DNA of 44,077 nucleotides from a virus (Duplodnaviria; Heunggongvirae; Uroviricota; Caudoviricetes): IMG/VR virus record IMGVR_UViG_2537561936_000014, positions 1 to 44,077 of that record; one strand, 5' to 3'. Shown piece by piece: positions 36,414 to 44,077 of this stretch (position 1 is its first letter; each line of letters starts with the position of its first letter). The notes under the pieces were generated by a model. It saw only the letters and a program-made list of their open reading frames with translations, ran no database searches and was not told where the DNA came from. The position numbers and the translations under genes were made by a program.

Positions 36414-36434
36414 AAAATCCTCTTGAGATTAATT

Positions 36435-37661
36435 ATGTCAGAAATACCAATTACTATGACCAGTGCGGGTGCGCAGCCTACGCCACCCAATGATTTGCTT
36501 GCGAATCTTATCACCAGAGTTGCTGAAAAAGTACCTGGATATACAGCCAACCTTCCGGCGGGGCTTATTACAGACCTTGCCAGCACGGCTGTCGGGGCGC
36601 TGGCATTAATAGATCAGGCGCGAGTGGATCTTATTAACTCCGTCAGTCCATACGGCGCGAATATTCCTCTACTGATGCAACTCGGAAACATTTATGGAGC
36701 ACAGAAGGGATTAAGTACAAATACGGCGGTATACGTGGTGTTTGAGGCGTTGCCGGGGTTTGGTATCCCTAAAGGATTTGTGGTTGGAGACGGTAACTAC
36801 CAGTATGCGGTTTCCCGCGATACGGTGGTGCCGGAAAGTGGGCAGACTGAACCAGTCTACTGTGTGGCCACTACGTCAGGCTCATGGGCTGTACCGGAAG
36901 GGACCGTGACGCAGGTCATTACATCAGTACCCAAAGACCAGCCTGTAAAATGCACCAACCTAACCGCAGGGATGCCAGGTCAGGAGGCGCAAACGTGGGC
37001 ATCATACCGCGCCGAAGTCATGGAGTCCGGCATGTTTGGTGTGCAGGGAACACCGGATTGCTTTAAAGCGATGCTCAAATCAGTAAGCGGTGTGCGAGAA
37101 AACCTGATTTCTTTCCGGCAGTCGTCGTTGGGGAAATGGGTTGCGGTTGTTGGTGGCGGTGATCCGTATGATGTGGCTTATGCGATTTACAAATCCGTAC
37201 CGGATATTTCGAAACTGACCAACGATGTAAGCAATCCATCCGGTGCGGCAGTGGAAAAACGCACGGTTTCAATAACCGTTTCGCCGGACGTTTATCAGGT
37301 GCCGTTCGTTATCCCGTCATCACAAAACGTCATGGTGCTAATCACCTGGAACACGGTGTCTGATGATTATGTTGATCCGGCGGGTATTGCTATGGCAGTG
37401 CAACAAAACGTTGCTGATTACATCAATTCAATTGAAGTCGGACACCCGATAAATCTTCTGCGTATCCAGGATATTTTTACCAGTTCTGTCAGGTTGCTGG
37501 TTGATGCGACGTTGATCTCAACAATCAGTGTGAGCATTGGCATTAACGGCCATATTGTTCCTCCGGCAAAAGACACAAGCCTGGTTTATGGCGATACCTA
37601 TTCCTATTTTTCAACGGTGGCATCACAGGTTCAGGTCAACAAGTATGCAATATCTGACTGA
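36435..37661 (+). CDS. Baseplate J-like protein (probable)
   Basis: 408 aa from ATG 36435; size and position before I-like and tail fibre genes. Confidence 0.5.
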   Translation: MSEIPITMTSAGAQPTPPNDLLANLITRVAEKVPGYTANLPAGLITDLASTAVGALALIDQARVDLINSVSPYGANIPLLMQLGNIYGAQKGLSTNTAVYVVFEALPGFGIPKGFVVGDGNYQYAVSRDTVVPESGQTEPVYCVATTSGSWAVPEGTVTQVITSVPKDQPVKCTNLTAGMPGQEAQTWASYRAEVMESGMFGVQGTPDCFKAMLKSVSGVRENLISFRQSSLGKWVAVVGGGDPYDVAYAIYKSVPDISKLTNDVSNPSGAAVEKRTVSITVSPDVYQVPFVIPSSQNVMVLITWNTVSDDYVDPAGIAMAVQQNVADYINSIEVGHPINLLRIQDIFTSSVRLLVDATLISTISVSIGINGHIVPPAKDTSLVYGDTYSYFSTVASQVQVNKYAISD

Positions 37662-38271
37662 GAAAATTCTCCCTGCTTATCCATTTGTGCAGTACAGAGA
37701 TGATCCGAATGTTGTTGCGTTCTTTGATGCATACAATGAAATTGCTCAGGAATACCTCGATTCACTCAACAATCTGGCATTGCCATGCTGGACATCGGAA
37801 TCAATAACCGGGCAATTGCTGGACTGGATTGCACTCGGGATTTATGGCGTTGAAAGGCCTTTACTACAGGTTTCCGAGGAGGCTATTGCACGAGGCGCAT
37901 ACGATACCATTGAATACAATACGATCCCGTATGCAGCAATGCGGAATTATGTTCCGGGGCAGGCATCGTATGTACCTGATGATTATTTCAAACGAATATT
38001 AACGTGGAATTTTTATAAGGCTGACGGTTCGCATTTCTGCATTGACTGGTTAAAGCGACGTGTGGCGCGGTTCATTCATGGAAAAAACGGAATAGCCCCG
38101 CCGTTGCAGCACACTTTTGATGTGAGTGTGACAGTATCGGACAGCGTTTTTTCTATTCAGATACCAGAGTATGGCGATGGTATAGGCTATTTTCTGAAAG
38201 ATGCCATTGACCAGAAATATGTAAAATTCCCTTTTATTTATTCCTATGCAACAACGGTGATTCAAAAATGA
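37645..38271 (+). CDS. Tail protein I-like (probable)
   Basis: 208 aa from ATG 37645, overlapping the J-like gene end; precedes the tail fibre gene. Confidence 0.45.
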   Translation: MQYLTEKILPAYPFVQYRDDPNVVAFFDAYNEIAQEYLDSLNNLALPCWTSESITGQLLDWIALGIYGVERPLLQVSEEAIARGAYDTIEYNTIPYAAMRNYVPGQASYVPDDYFKRILTWNFYKADGSHFCIDWLKRRVARFIHGKNGIAPPLQHTFDVSVTVSDSVFSIQIPEYGDGIGYFLKDAIDQKYVKFPFIYSYATTVIQK

Positions 38272-39779
38272 TTCTTGGATTTGGCAATAACGTTGTTTCA
38301 GCACTGGCTGGTGATATCACCACGATTCAGACTGATATTCCGGTAATGCCCGGTACAGGGGCTAAATTTGCAAAATTGCTTTCTGCCGATTTTGAAAATA
38401 AATCGAACGGGCAACGTGTCTATGCAAAAATTACGCTTACCGATAATAAAGAGTCTGCATTTGAGATTTGTCACCTGGTATCGGTAAGCGGTGATGTGTT
38501 GAAAGTCATTCGTGGGCAGGAAGGAACAACAGCGAAAGGTTGGTCCCTTAATGACGTTGTGGCTAACTTTGCCACGCGTGGTTCGGAAAACCATTTCGTA
38601 CAGATAGCGCAGCTTCAGAGTGGTCATTATATTGCGGGAGTTGCTGGCGGCACTGCAAACGCGCTGACTCTGGAGCTTCCCGCGACGTTTTTTGTTAATG
38701 GAGGTACAGACTGGACGCTACGAGCCCCGATTATCGTTTTCCCCGTTCAGAACAATACCAATGCCGCGACACTTCAATTAACACTGGGCGGAAAGGTTCT
38801 TGGTACGTTCCCGCTTTATAAGGGGAACAAGTCCGGGCTGGTAGCGAACGATATCATTAAAGGCATTCCCTTAATTTGTCTTCTTGATAGCGAGAAAAGC
38901 TATTTCAGCGTGATAAACCCTGGCAATATCTATTCAGATTTTGATCTGCGATATGTAAAAAAATCTGGTGATTTGATGACCGGAGAACTAAAAATCCGTG
39001 GTTTTAATGCGCTGAGGATTTTCAACGAAGCCTTTGGTCTGATTTTTCGTCGTTCGGAAGAGTGCCTGCACCTTATCCCTACCAGTGAAGGTCAGGGCGA
39101 GAATGGCGATATTGGTCCACTTCGACCGTTCACTATTAATCTGCGGACGGGTGAAATATACATGTCGCATAAAGTGTATGTTGGCGGCGGTTCTCAGGTC
39201 AATGGTGCGCTGGGTATCGGCGTTCAGAACGCGCTGGGCGGAAACTCAATTGCTTTCGGGGATAACGATACAGGTATAAAACAAAACGGCGACGGCATTC
39301 TGGATGTTTATGCGAATGGACAGCATGTATTTCGTTTCCAGAATGGTGTGGCGATAGCGTTAAAAAATATTCAGGCCGGAAATGCTGAAAAATTCACGTT
39401 ATACAGCTCCAACAACTCCACGAAAAACGCAACGTTTAATTTATGGGGTAATTCATCCCGACCTGTAGTTGCAGAGCTTGATGATGATTCCGGCTGGCAT
39501 TTTTACAGCCAGAGAAATACCGATGGCAGTATCACATTCGCTGTAAATGGACAGATGATCCCATCAAACTATGGAAATTTCGATGCCCGTTATCAGCAGC
39601 GAAATGGCGGCGTGCAGGATGTGCGTCTGGGAGGTGCCATTGGTATTGGACGCGGAGGAAATGCGCCATCAGGTCATTTACTGAGTGGTGTTGATGGCGG
39701 TCAAAGTGTGGACTGGGCCAATGCACGCCCGGTGCAGGTTCTGATTAATGGTGTCTGGCGAAATGTAGCGAGTTTGTAA
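38268..39779 (+). CDS. Tail fibre protein
   Basis: 503 aa; Gly-rich beta-type repeats; followed immediately by a tail fibre assembly gene. Confidence 0.6.
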   Translation: MILGFGNNVVSALAGDITTIQTDIPVMPGTGAKFAKLLSADFENKSNGQRVYAKITLTDNKESAFEICHLVSVSGDVLKVIRGQEGTTAKGWSLNDVVANFATRGSENHFVQIAQLQSGHYIAGVAGGTANALTLELPATFFVNGGTDWTLRAPIIVFPVQNNTNAATLQLTLGGKVLGTFPLYKGNKSGLVANDIIKGIPLICLLDSEKSYFSVINPGNIYSDFDLRYVKKSGDLMTGELKIRGFNALRIFNEAFGLIFRRSEECLHLIPTSEGQGENGDIGPLRPFTINLRTGEIYMSHKVYVGGGSQVNGALGIGVQNALGGNSIAFGDNDTGIKQNGDGILDVYANGQHVFRFQNGVAIALKNIQAGNAEKFTLYSSNNSTKNATFNLWGNSSRPVVAELDDDSGWHFYSQRNTDGSITFAVNGQMIPSNYGNFDARYQQRNGGVQDVRLGGAIGIGRGGNAPSGHLLSGVDGGQSVDWANARPVQVLINGVWRNVASL

Positions 39780-39781
39780 TC

Positions 39782-40330
39782 ATGATGCACTTAAAAAATC
39801 TTACGGCACAAAACCCTAAAACAATTGAGCAATACCAGCTGGCACGACAGCATAAATTTTTATTGTGGCTGTTCTCCGATGATGGTCAGGAATGGCACGA
39901 AGCCCAGGAAAAATTTCAGCCAGACACTCTGAAAGTTATTTATGTTGAAACTGGCGAAGTGGTCTGGATCGGAAAAGACATCACCTCAATCTGCCCGGAA
40001 AATAAAAGTGTGATTGAGTTGCCGGATATTACCGCTAATCGTCGCATTGAGGCGTCGGGATACTGGTTTTATCGCAATGATGAATTTGTTTTCGACCACA
40101 AACTTAAAGCGGAAGATGAGCGTGATGCACTGTTAAAACAGGCCAGCATCATGACCAGCGAATGGGAAAAAGACCTGCTGCTGGGATTAATCAGTGACGA
40201 AGACAGGGAGAAACTGAAAGCGTACCGCATTTACGCGAAATCGCTGCAGGCGATGGATTTCAACATTATCACTGATAAAACCTCATATAACGCCATTGAA
40301 TGGCCCGTCTCTCCGGAAGCCTCTTCCTGA
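39782..40330 (+). CDS. tfa: Tail fibre assembly protein (Tfa/gpG/U family)
   Basis: 182 aa; C-terminal IEWPVSP motif typical of Tfa-family chaperones. Confidence 0.7.
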   Translation: MMHLKNLTAQNPKTIEQYQLARQHKFLLWLFSDDGQEWHEAQEKFQPDTLKVIYVETGEVVWIGKDITSICPENKSVIELPDITANRRIEASGYWFYRNDEFVFDHKLKAEDERDALLKQASIMTSEWEKDLLLGLISDEDREKLKAYRIYAKSLQAMDFNIITDKTSYNAIEWPVSPEASS

Positions 40331-40353
40331 TTTAATTTATCGCGAGAAAAACT

Positions 40354-43300
40354 ATGTCTGTAGTGATATCAGGTGCGCTGATTGATGGCGCAGGCATCCC
40401 CATGTCCGGATGCCACATAATTCTGAAATCCCGGGTAAACACCTCAGAGGTGGTGATGCGCACAGTTTCCGACGTGGTGACAGGAAACTGTGGCGAGTAC
40501 TGTTTTAAAGCGCAGACCGGAAAATATTGCGTATATCTGAAACAGGACTGGCGCGACGAGTACTGTGTTGGCGACATTGCTGTATACGACGACTCAAAGC
40601 CCGGTACGCTGAACGACTTTCTGACTGCCCTTGATGAAGGTGATTTAAAGCCGGATGTAGTGAAACGCTTTGAGGAAATGGTGGCGCAGGCGCAGCAGAG
40701 CGCGGAAGCGGCAGCGGAGAGCGAACGACAGGCCGGGAAACATGTCGCTGATGCGCAACAAATTAAGAGCGCCTGCCAGACACTGGCGGATAACGTACAG
40801 CAGAATGCAGAATCCGTTGCCGAAGATAAAAATCAGGTGGCATTACTGGCGTCATCTGCCACACAGGATGCGGCCCGCGCAGATCAGGCTGTTAAAGACG
40901 CAGACAAAATCGTCGATAAGGCTGTTGATAAACTCGATGAAGCCGCAACGCTGACCGGCGAGGCAAAAGCCAGCGCCGAAGCGGCAGCAAAAAGCGAGCA
41001 GAGCGCGAAACAGCACAAGGACGAGGCGCAACGGATAGTTGATGACCTGAAGGGAAGCAATGCTTCCACAACAGAAAAAGGCCTGGTGCAACTCTGTAGT
41101 GATACAGACAACGACAGCGAGGAACTGGCAGCCACGCCAAAAGCCGTCAAAACCGTCATGGACGAGACGAAAACAAAAGCGCCACTGGACAGCCCGGCGT
41201 TTACCGGCACGCCCACCACACCAACCCCGCCGGACGATGCGACCGGGCTGGAGATGGCGAACGCGGCATTTGTCCGCAAACTGCTTGCCGCGCTGGTTGA
41301 CTCATCACCGGAAGCCCTGGACACGCTGAACGAGCTGGCAGCGGCGCTGGGAAATGACCCGGAGTTCGCGACAACAATCATGAACGCGCTGGCGGGTAAA
41401 CAACCACTAAGCGACGTGTTAACCGCAATCAGTAATCTGGAAGAACGGGCAGATAATCTTCTGTGCTTTAATCAGGACGGGAATGCTTCGCTGTCTCCAC
41501 TGTCAGAAAAAGCCCGGTCACTGCTGGCGCAGGCCACAGTGGAAGCCATGCGCAATGAGCTTGAGCTGAAAAGCGCAGCGGTAAAGGATATCCAGACAGA
41601 CCTTTACGACAGCACGGAAGGCCGTGTTGCGCTGCCAGGTGCATTTGGTTACGGAATGACGGACGCCGGAGCGCGTTCAATTATTGCCAGCGATATGGCG
41701 ACTGTAGCCAGAACCGCTCACAACCTGCACCCGGGACGCTATTACACCTTTGCCACACGAACGGAAGAAATAACCGGGATAACAGAAATTATCTGGCTGG
41801 ATAATGGCGGGGGCGACAAAACCAGCCAGACAGCAACAAAGCTGGTTCTGTTTTTTGGAAAAGACGGACGGATTCTTATGACCGTTCGTGGCGATAATAT
41901 CTCCGCCCCGGTCACCTGGACGAATCTGACACCACAACTTGGCAATGCAGCACAGAAGGATGCGCAGGAGAATATTTACGACCGCACCGAAGGCCGTCTG
42001 GCGATTCCCGGCATGTTTGGATTCGGGAAAGTATTTTTCATCGGCGACAGGACCGAGTTTAAAACAGAGGCCGATTTTCTCCGCTGGGTAAAAACGGCAA
42101 ATCCCGGACGCTATGCCGTTTATGCAGATACAAATGCGGTAATACAGGGCGTGCTGTTCAAGGGTACCGTTGAAATTATCTGGCCGGAACCTCAAATCAG
42201 CCATGATACGGCATATGTGGCCAAAATCATTATTTTTTACGGTATTAACGGTCATATTTATTACAATCGCTACTGGACTACCGGAGGTGGTTATCTGGTT
42301 GGCTGGGAAAACCTGAAAGTCAACGAGGCTTCACTCCGGGCACTGATTGAAACCCGAGCGCCACTGAACAGTCCGGCACTGACCGGAACGCCGTCCACGC
42401 CAACACCACCGGATGATGCAGCAGGTAATGAAATAGCCAATGCGGCGTTTGTCCGCAAACTGCTCGCCACGCTGGTTGGCTCATCACCGGAAGCCCTGGA
42501 CACGCTGAACGAGCTGGCAGCGGCACTGGGCAATGACCCGAACTTTGCGACAACCGTCACTAATGCACTGGCAGGTAAACAGCCGCTTAACGATACGTTA
42601 ACCAGTATCAGCAAGGCAGGGGTGGGACAAAACTCTCTCCTTTATTTTGGTGATAACTTTAAAGCAAAAGCAATTCCATGCAGCAACAAGGCTCGCTCAT
42701 TACTGGCACGAAACACGCCTGAATCCATGCGCGCGGAGCTTGAACTGAAAGCGGCTGCGACGATGGAACCCCAGACCGATATCCGTGACCGCACACCCGG
42801 CAGGCTGGCGCTACCGGGCGCTTTTGGCTTTGGTAAGGCATTCAGTAACACAGAAGCCCTGACATTTAACGGGCAGGCTGATTTTGCTGAATGGCTGAAG
42901 GAAGCCATGCCGGGGCGTTATGCGGTCAGTATTGCGGACTCTTCCACGCTGCTGGCTGGCACAACGAAATTTAACGGCATCATTGATGTGATGTGGTCAC
43001 CCTTTGATAACGACGAGTCAGACACAGTGCGTAAATTCAAAACGCTGCTGTGTTTTAACCAGTATTACGAAGGTGAGCACAGTATTCATCGCCTGACTTA
43101 CCGCTGGAGTGGAAACAACTGGAATGCAACAGTAAGCCCCATTATTTACGACGGCGATTCGCTGGCCTTCCTGCTGTCCAGGACGGCGGGCTCAGGCTCA
43201 TATTTCAAATACCCGGCAGTGGGTGTTCCTGTGCTGGCTGTTTATCGCGGAACAACTTCCGGGGATAAAGAAATCAATATTGGCCTGGGTGATGTGGTGC

Positions 43301-43488
43301 AGGGGTCACAACTGGGCGGAGTTAATCTTTCGTGCGCAATATCTTCTGCTGGGGTTGGCTCCTACAATTCCGCACCGAGTGTAGGAGCTACAGGGTACAC
43401 TTTCCCGGGGCGTTATATGGCGCTATCCGGGGTCAGGGACTCTAAAGGAATAACCGGTCGTATCTGCCTGTTTGTGCGCATCGAGTAA
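40354..43488 (+). CDS. stf: Side tail fibre protein (Stf-like, modular with internal duplications)
   Basis: 1044 aa; conserved prophage tail-fibre N-terminus (MSVVISGALIDGAGIPMSGCHIILKSR...), alanine-rich coiled coil, repeated PLDSPAFTGTPTTPTPPDD and ALPGAFGFGK modules. Confidence 0.8.
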   Translation: MSVVISGALIDGAGIPMSGCHIILKSRVNTSEVVMRTVSDVVTGNCGEYCFKAQTGKYCVYLKQDWRDEYCVGDIAVYDDSKPGTLNDFLTALDEGDLKPDVVKRFEEMVAQAQQSAEAAAESERQAGKHVADAQQIKSACQTLADNVQQNAESVAEDKNQVALLASSATQDAARADQAVKDADKIVDKAVDKLDEAATLTGEAKASAEAAAKSEQSAKQHKDEAQRIVDDLKGSNASTTEKGLVQLCSDTDNDSEELAATPKAVKTVMDETKTKAPLDSPAFTGTPTTPTPPDDATGLEMANAAFVRKLLAALVDSSPEALDTLNELAAALGNDPEFATTIMNALAGKQPLSDVLTAISNLEERADNLLCFNQDGNASLSPLSEKARSLLAQATVEAMRNELELKSAAVKDIQTDLYDSTEGRVALPGAFGYGMTDAGARSIIASDMATVARTAHNLHPGRYYTFATRTEEITGITEIIWLDNGGGDKTSQTATKLVLFFGKDGRILMTVRGDNISAPVTWTNLTPQLGNAAQKDAQENIYDRTEGRLAIPGMFGFGKVFFIGDRTEFKTEADFLRWVKTANPGRYAVYADTNAVIQGVLFKGTVEIIWPEPQISHDTAYVAKIIIFYGINGHIYYNRYWTTGGGYLVGWENLKVNEASLRALIETRAPLNSPALTGTPSTPTPPDDAAGNEIANAAFVRKLLATLVGSSPEALDTLNELAAALGNDPNFATTVTNALAGKQPLNDTLTSISKAGVGQNSLLYFGDNFKAKAIPCSNKARSLLARNTPESMRAELELKAAATMEPQTDIRDRTPGRLALPGAFGFGKAFSNTEALTFNGQADFAEWLKEAMPGRYAVSIADSSTLLAGTTKFNGIIDVMWSPFDNDESDTVRKFKTLLCFNQYYEGEHSIHRLTYRWSGNNWNATVSPIIYDGDSLAFLLSRTAGSGSYFKYPAVGVPVLAVYRGTTSGDKEINIGLGDVVQGSQLGGVNLSCAISSAGVGSYNSAPSVGATGYTFPGRYMALSGVRDSKGITGRICLFVRIE
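41170..41440. repeat. Internal direct repeat unit A within the tail fibre gene
   Basis: About 270 bp, roughly three-quarters identical to 42350-42620, including an identical 44-nt core (41302-41345 = 42481-42524). Confidence 0.8.
42350..42620. repeat. Internal direct repeat unit B within the tail fibre gene
   Basis: Second copy about 1.18 kb downstream of unit A; encodes PLNSPALTGTPSTPTPPDD...FVRKLLA...SSPEALDTLNELAAALGNDP. Confidence 0.8.
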
Positions 43489-43501
43489 CGGGGAATAAAA
43501 C

Positions 43502-44077
43502 ATGAAAATCAGAGCGGTAAAGGGCATCAGAAACGCCCATTATCTTGAAAATGGTGCGGTTGACTGCGAGGTGTTATTTGAAGGTGAAACGGAATTCGTC
43601 CCGTATACCGCCATGCAGGATGATACCGCAATGACAGGCCAGCGTATCTGGGAAGAGTTACAGAGCGGCAAGTGGGGGGAAATTGCCCCATTCACCGTCA
43701 CGCCTGAACTTATCGCAGCGGCAAAAGATGCCAAACGCCAGGAAATCGAAGCCTGGCGCACAGAACAGGAGGCGCAGCCGTTCACGTTCGAATGGAACGG
43801 TCGCACCTGGAACGCTGGCCCCGACTCAATGGCCCGTCTTTATCCGGTAGTAATGGCGGCGAAATCTGATACGGCACGAACCGCCCTTGCATGGGGTGAT
43901 GCCGATAATCAACAGGTGAAACTGTCAATGCCGGAACTGGAAGAACTGGCGACAGCAATGGCGCAGGCACAGGTCGATCGCAATGACGAGATTTATCAGC
44001 GCCAGCGTGAAATGAAGGAAGAACTGAATAACCTGAATGATTTACGTTCAATCAGAGCGATGGTAATTAGTCGGTAA
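43502..44077 (+). CDS. Hypothetical protein following the tail fibre (possible fibre assembly/chaperone)
   Basis: 191-aa complete ORF (stop at window end) 14 nt after the fibre gene; role inferred from position only. Confidence 0.4.
   Translation: MKIRAVKGIRNAHYLENGAVDCEVLFEGETEFVPYTAMQDDTAMTGQRIWEELQSGKWGEIAPFTVTPELIAAAKDAKRQEIEAWRTEQEAQPFTFEWNGRTWNAGPDSMARLYPVVMAAKSDTARTALAWGDADNQQVKLSMPELEELATAMAQAQVDRNDEIYQRQREMKEELNNLNDLRSIRAMVISR

Noticed and set aside
41170..42620. Possibility that the repeated units in the fibre gene are a CRISPR array
   Set aside because: The repeats are long (about 270 bp), imperfect, protein-coding and only two to three in number; they lack short identical repeats with unique spacers.
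40670..42908. Multiple ORFs of 60-190 aa in other frames and on the minus strand within the tail fibre gene
   Set aside because: All lie inside a 1044-aa ORF with a conserved fibre N-terminus; their products are Ala/Ser/Arg-rich low-complexity artefacts of the GC-rich fibre sequence.
38268..44077. Invertible tail-fibre segment (G-segment-like) between the two fibre cassettes
   Set aside because: Both fibre genes and both downstream genes are on the same strand and I found no inverted crossover repeats or invertase gene in the window.

Overview
The window is almost entirely one mosaic enterobacterial prophage (about 50% GC, E. coli-like), read left to right. Left arm, minus strand: tyrosine integrase, excisionase, a large DnaQ-like exonuclease protein and several small unrecognised ORFs. 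Immunity region: a three-gene regulator/antitoxin/ParE-toxin operon (paaR-paaA-parE-like) divergent from ydaS/ydaT-like genes, then a replisome organiser and a DnaC-like helicase loader. Nin-like region: a DUF4406 protein, a hok/mok type I toxin, DUF1367-like and DUF1364 (YbcO-like) proteins and antiterminator Q. Downstream of Q are two phage-borne tRNAs (Thr-UGU, Gly-UCC) in a long terminator-rich noncoding stretch, then a lysis cassette (holin, small membrane protein, M15-peptidase endolysin, short lipoprotein). The late region encodes terminase small and large subunits, portal, head proteins, and a contractile tail (sheath, tube, chaperone, tape measure with a lytic transglycosylase domain, baseplate) ending in two tandem tail-fibre/assembly cassettes. 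The right prophage boundary is not in the window. The most unusual feature is an AT-rich, opposite-strand insertion between the baseplate W-like and J-like genes, carrying an AntA-type antirepressor and two unrecognised signal-peptide proteins. Other items worth follow-up include TGCGCA repeats inside the small terminase gene, a candidate -1 frameshift site in the tail chaperone, internal duplications in the 1044-aa tail fibre, and a perfect 14-bp inverted repeat at 10755-10797. All family assignments are from reading motifs by eye and from memory; no searches were run.
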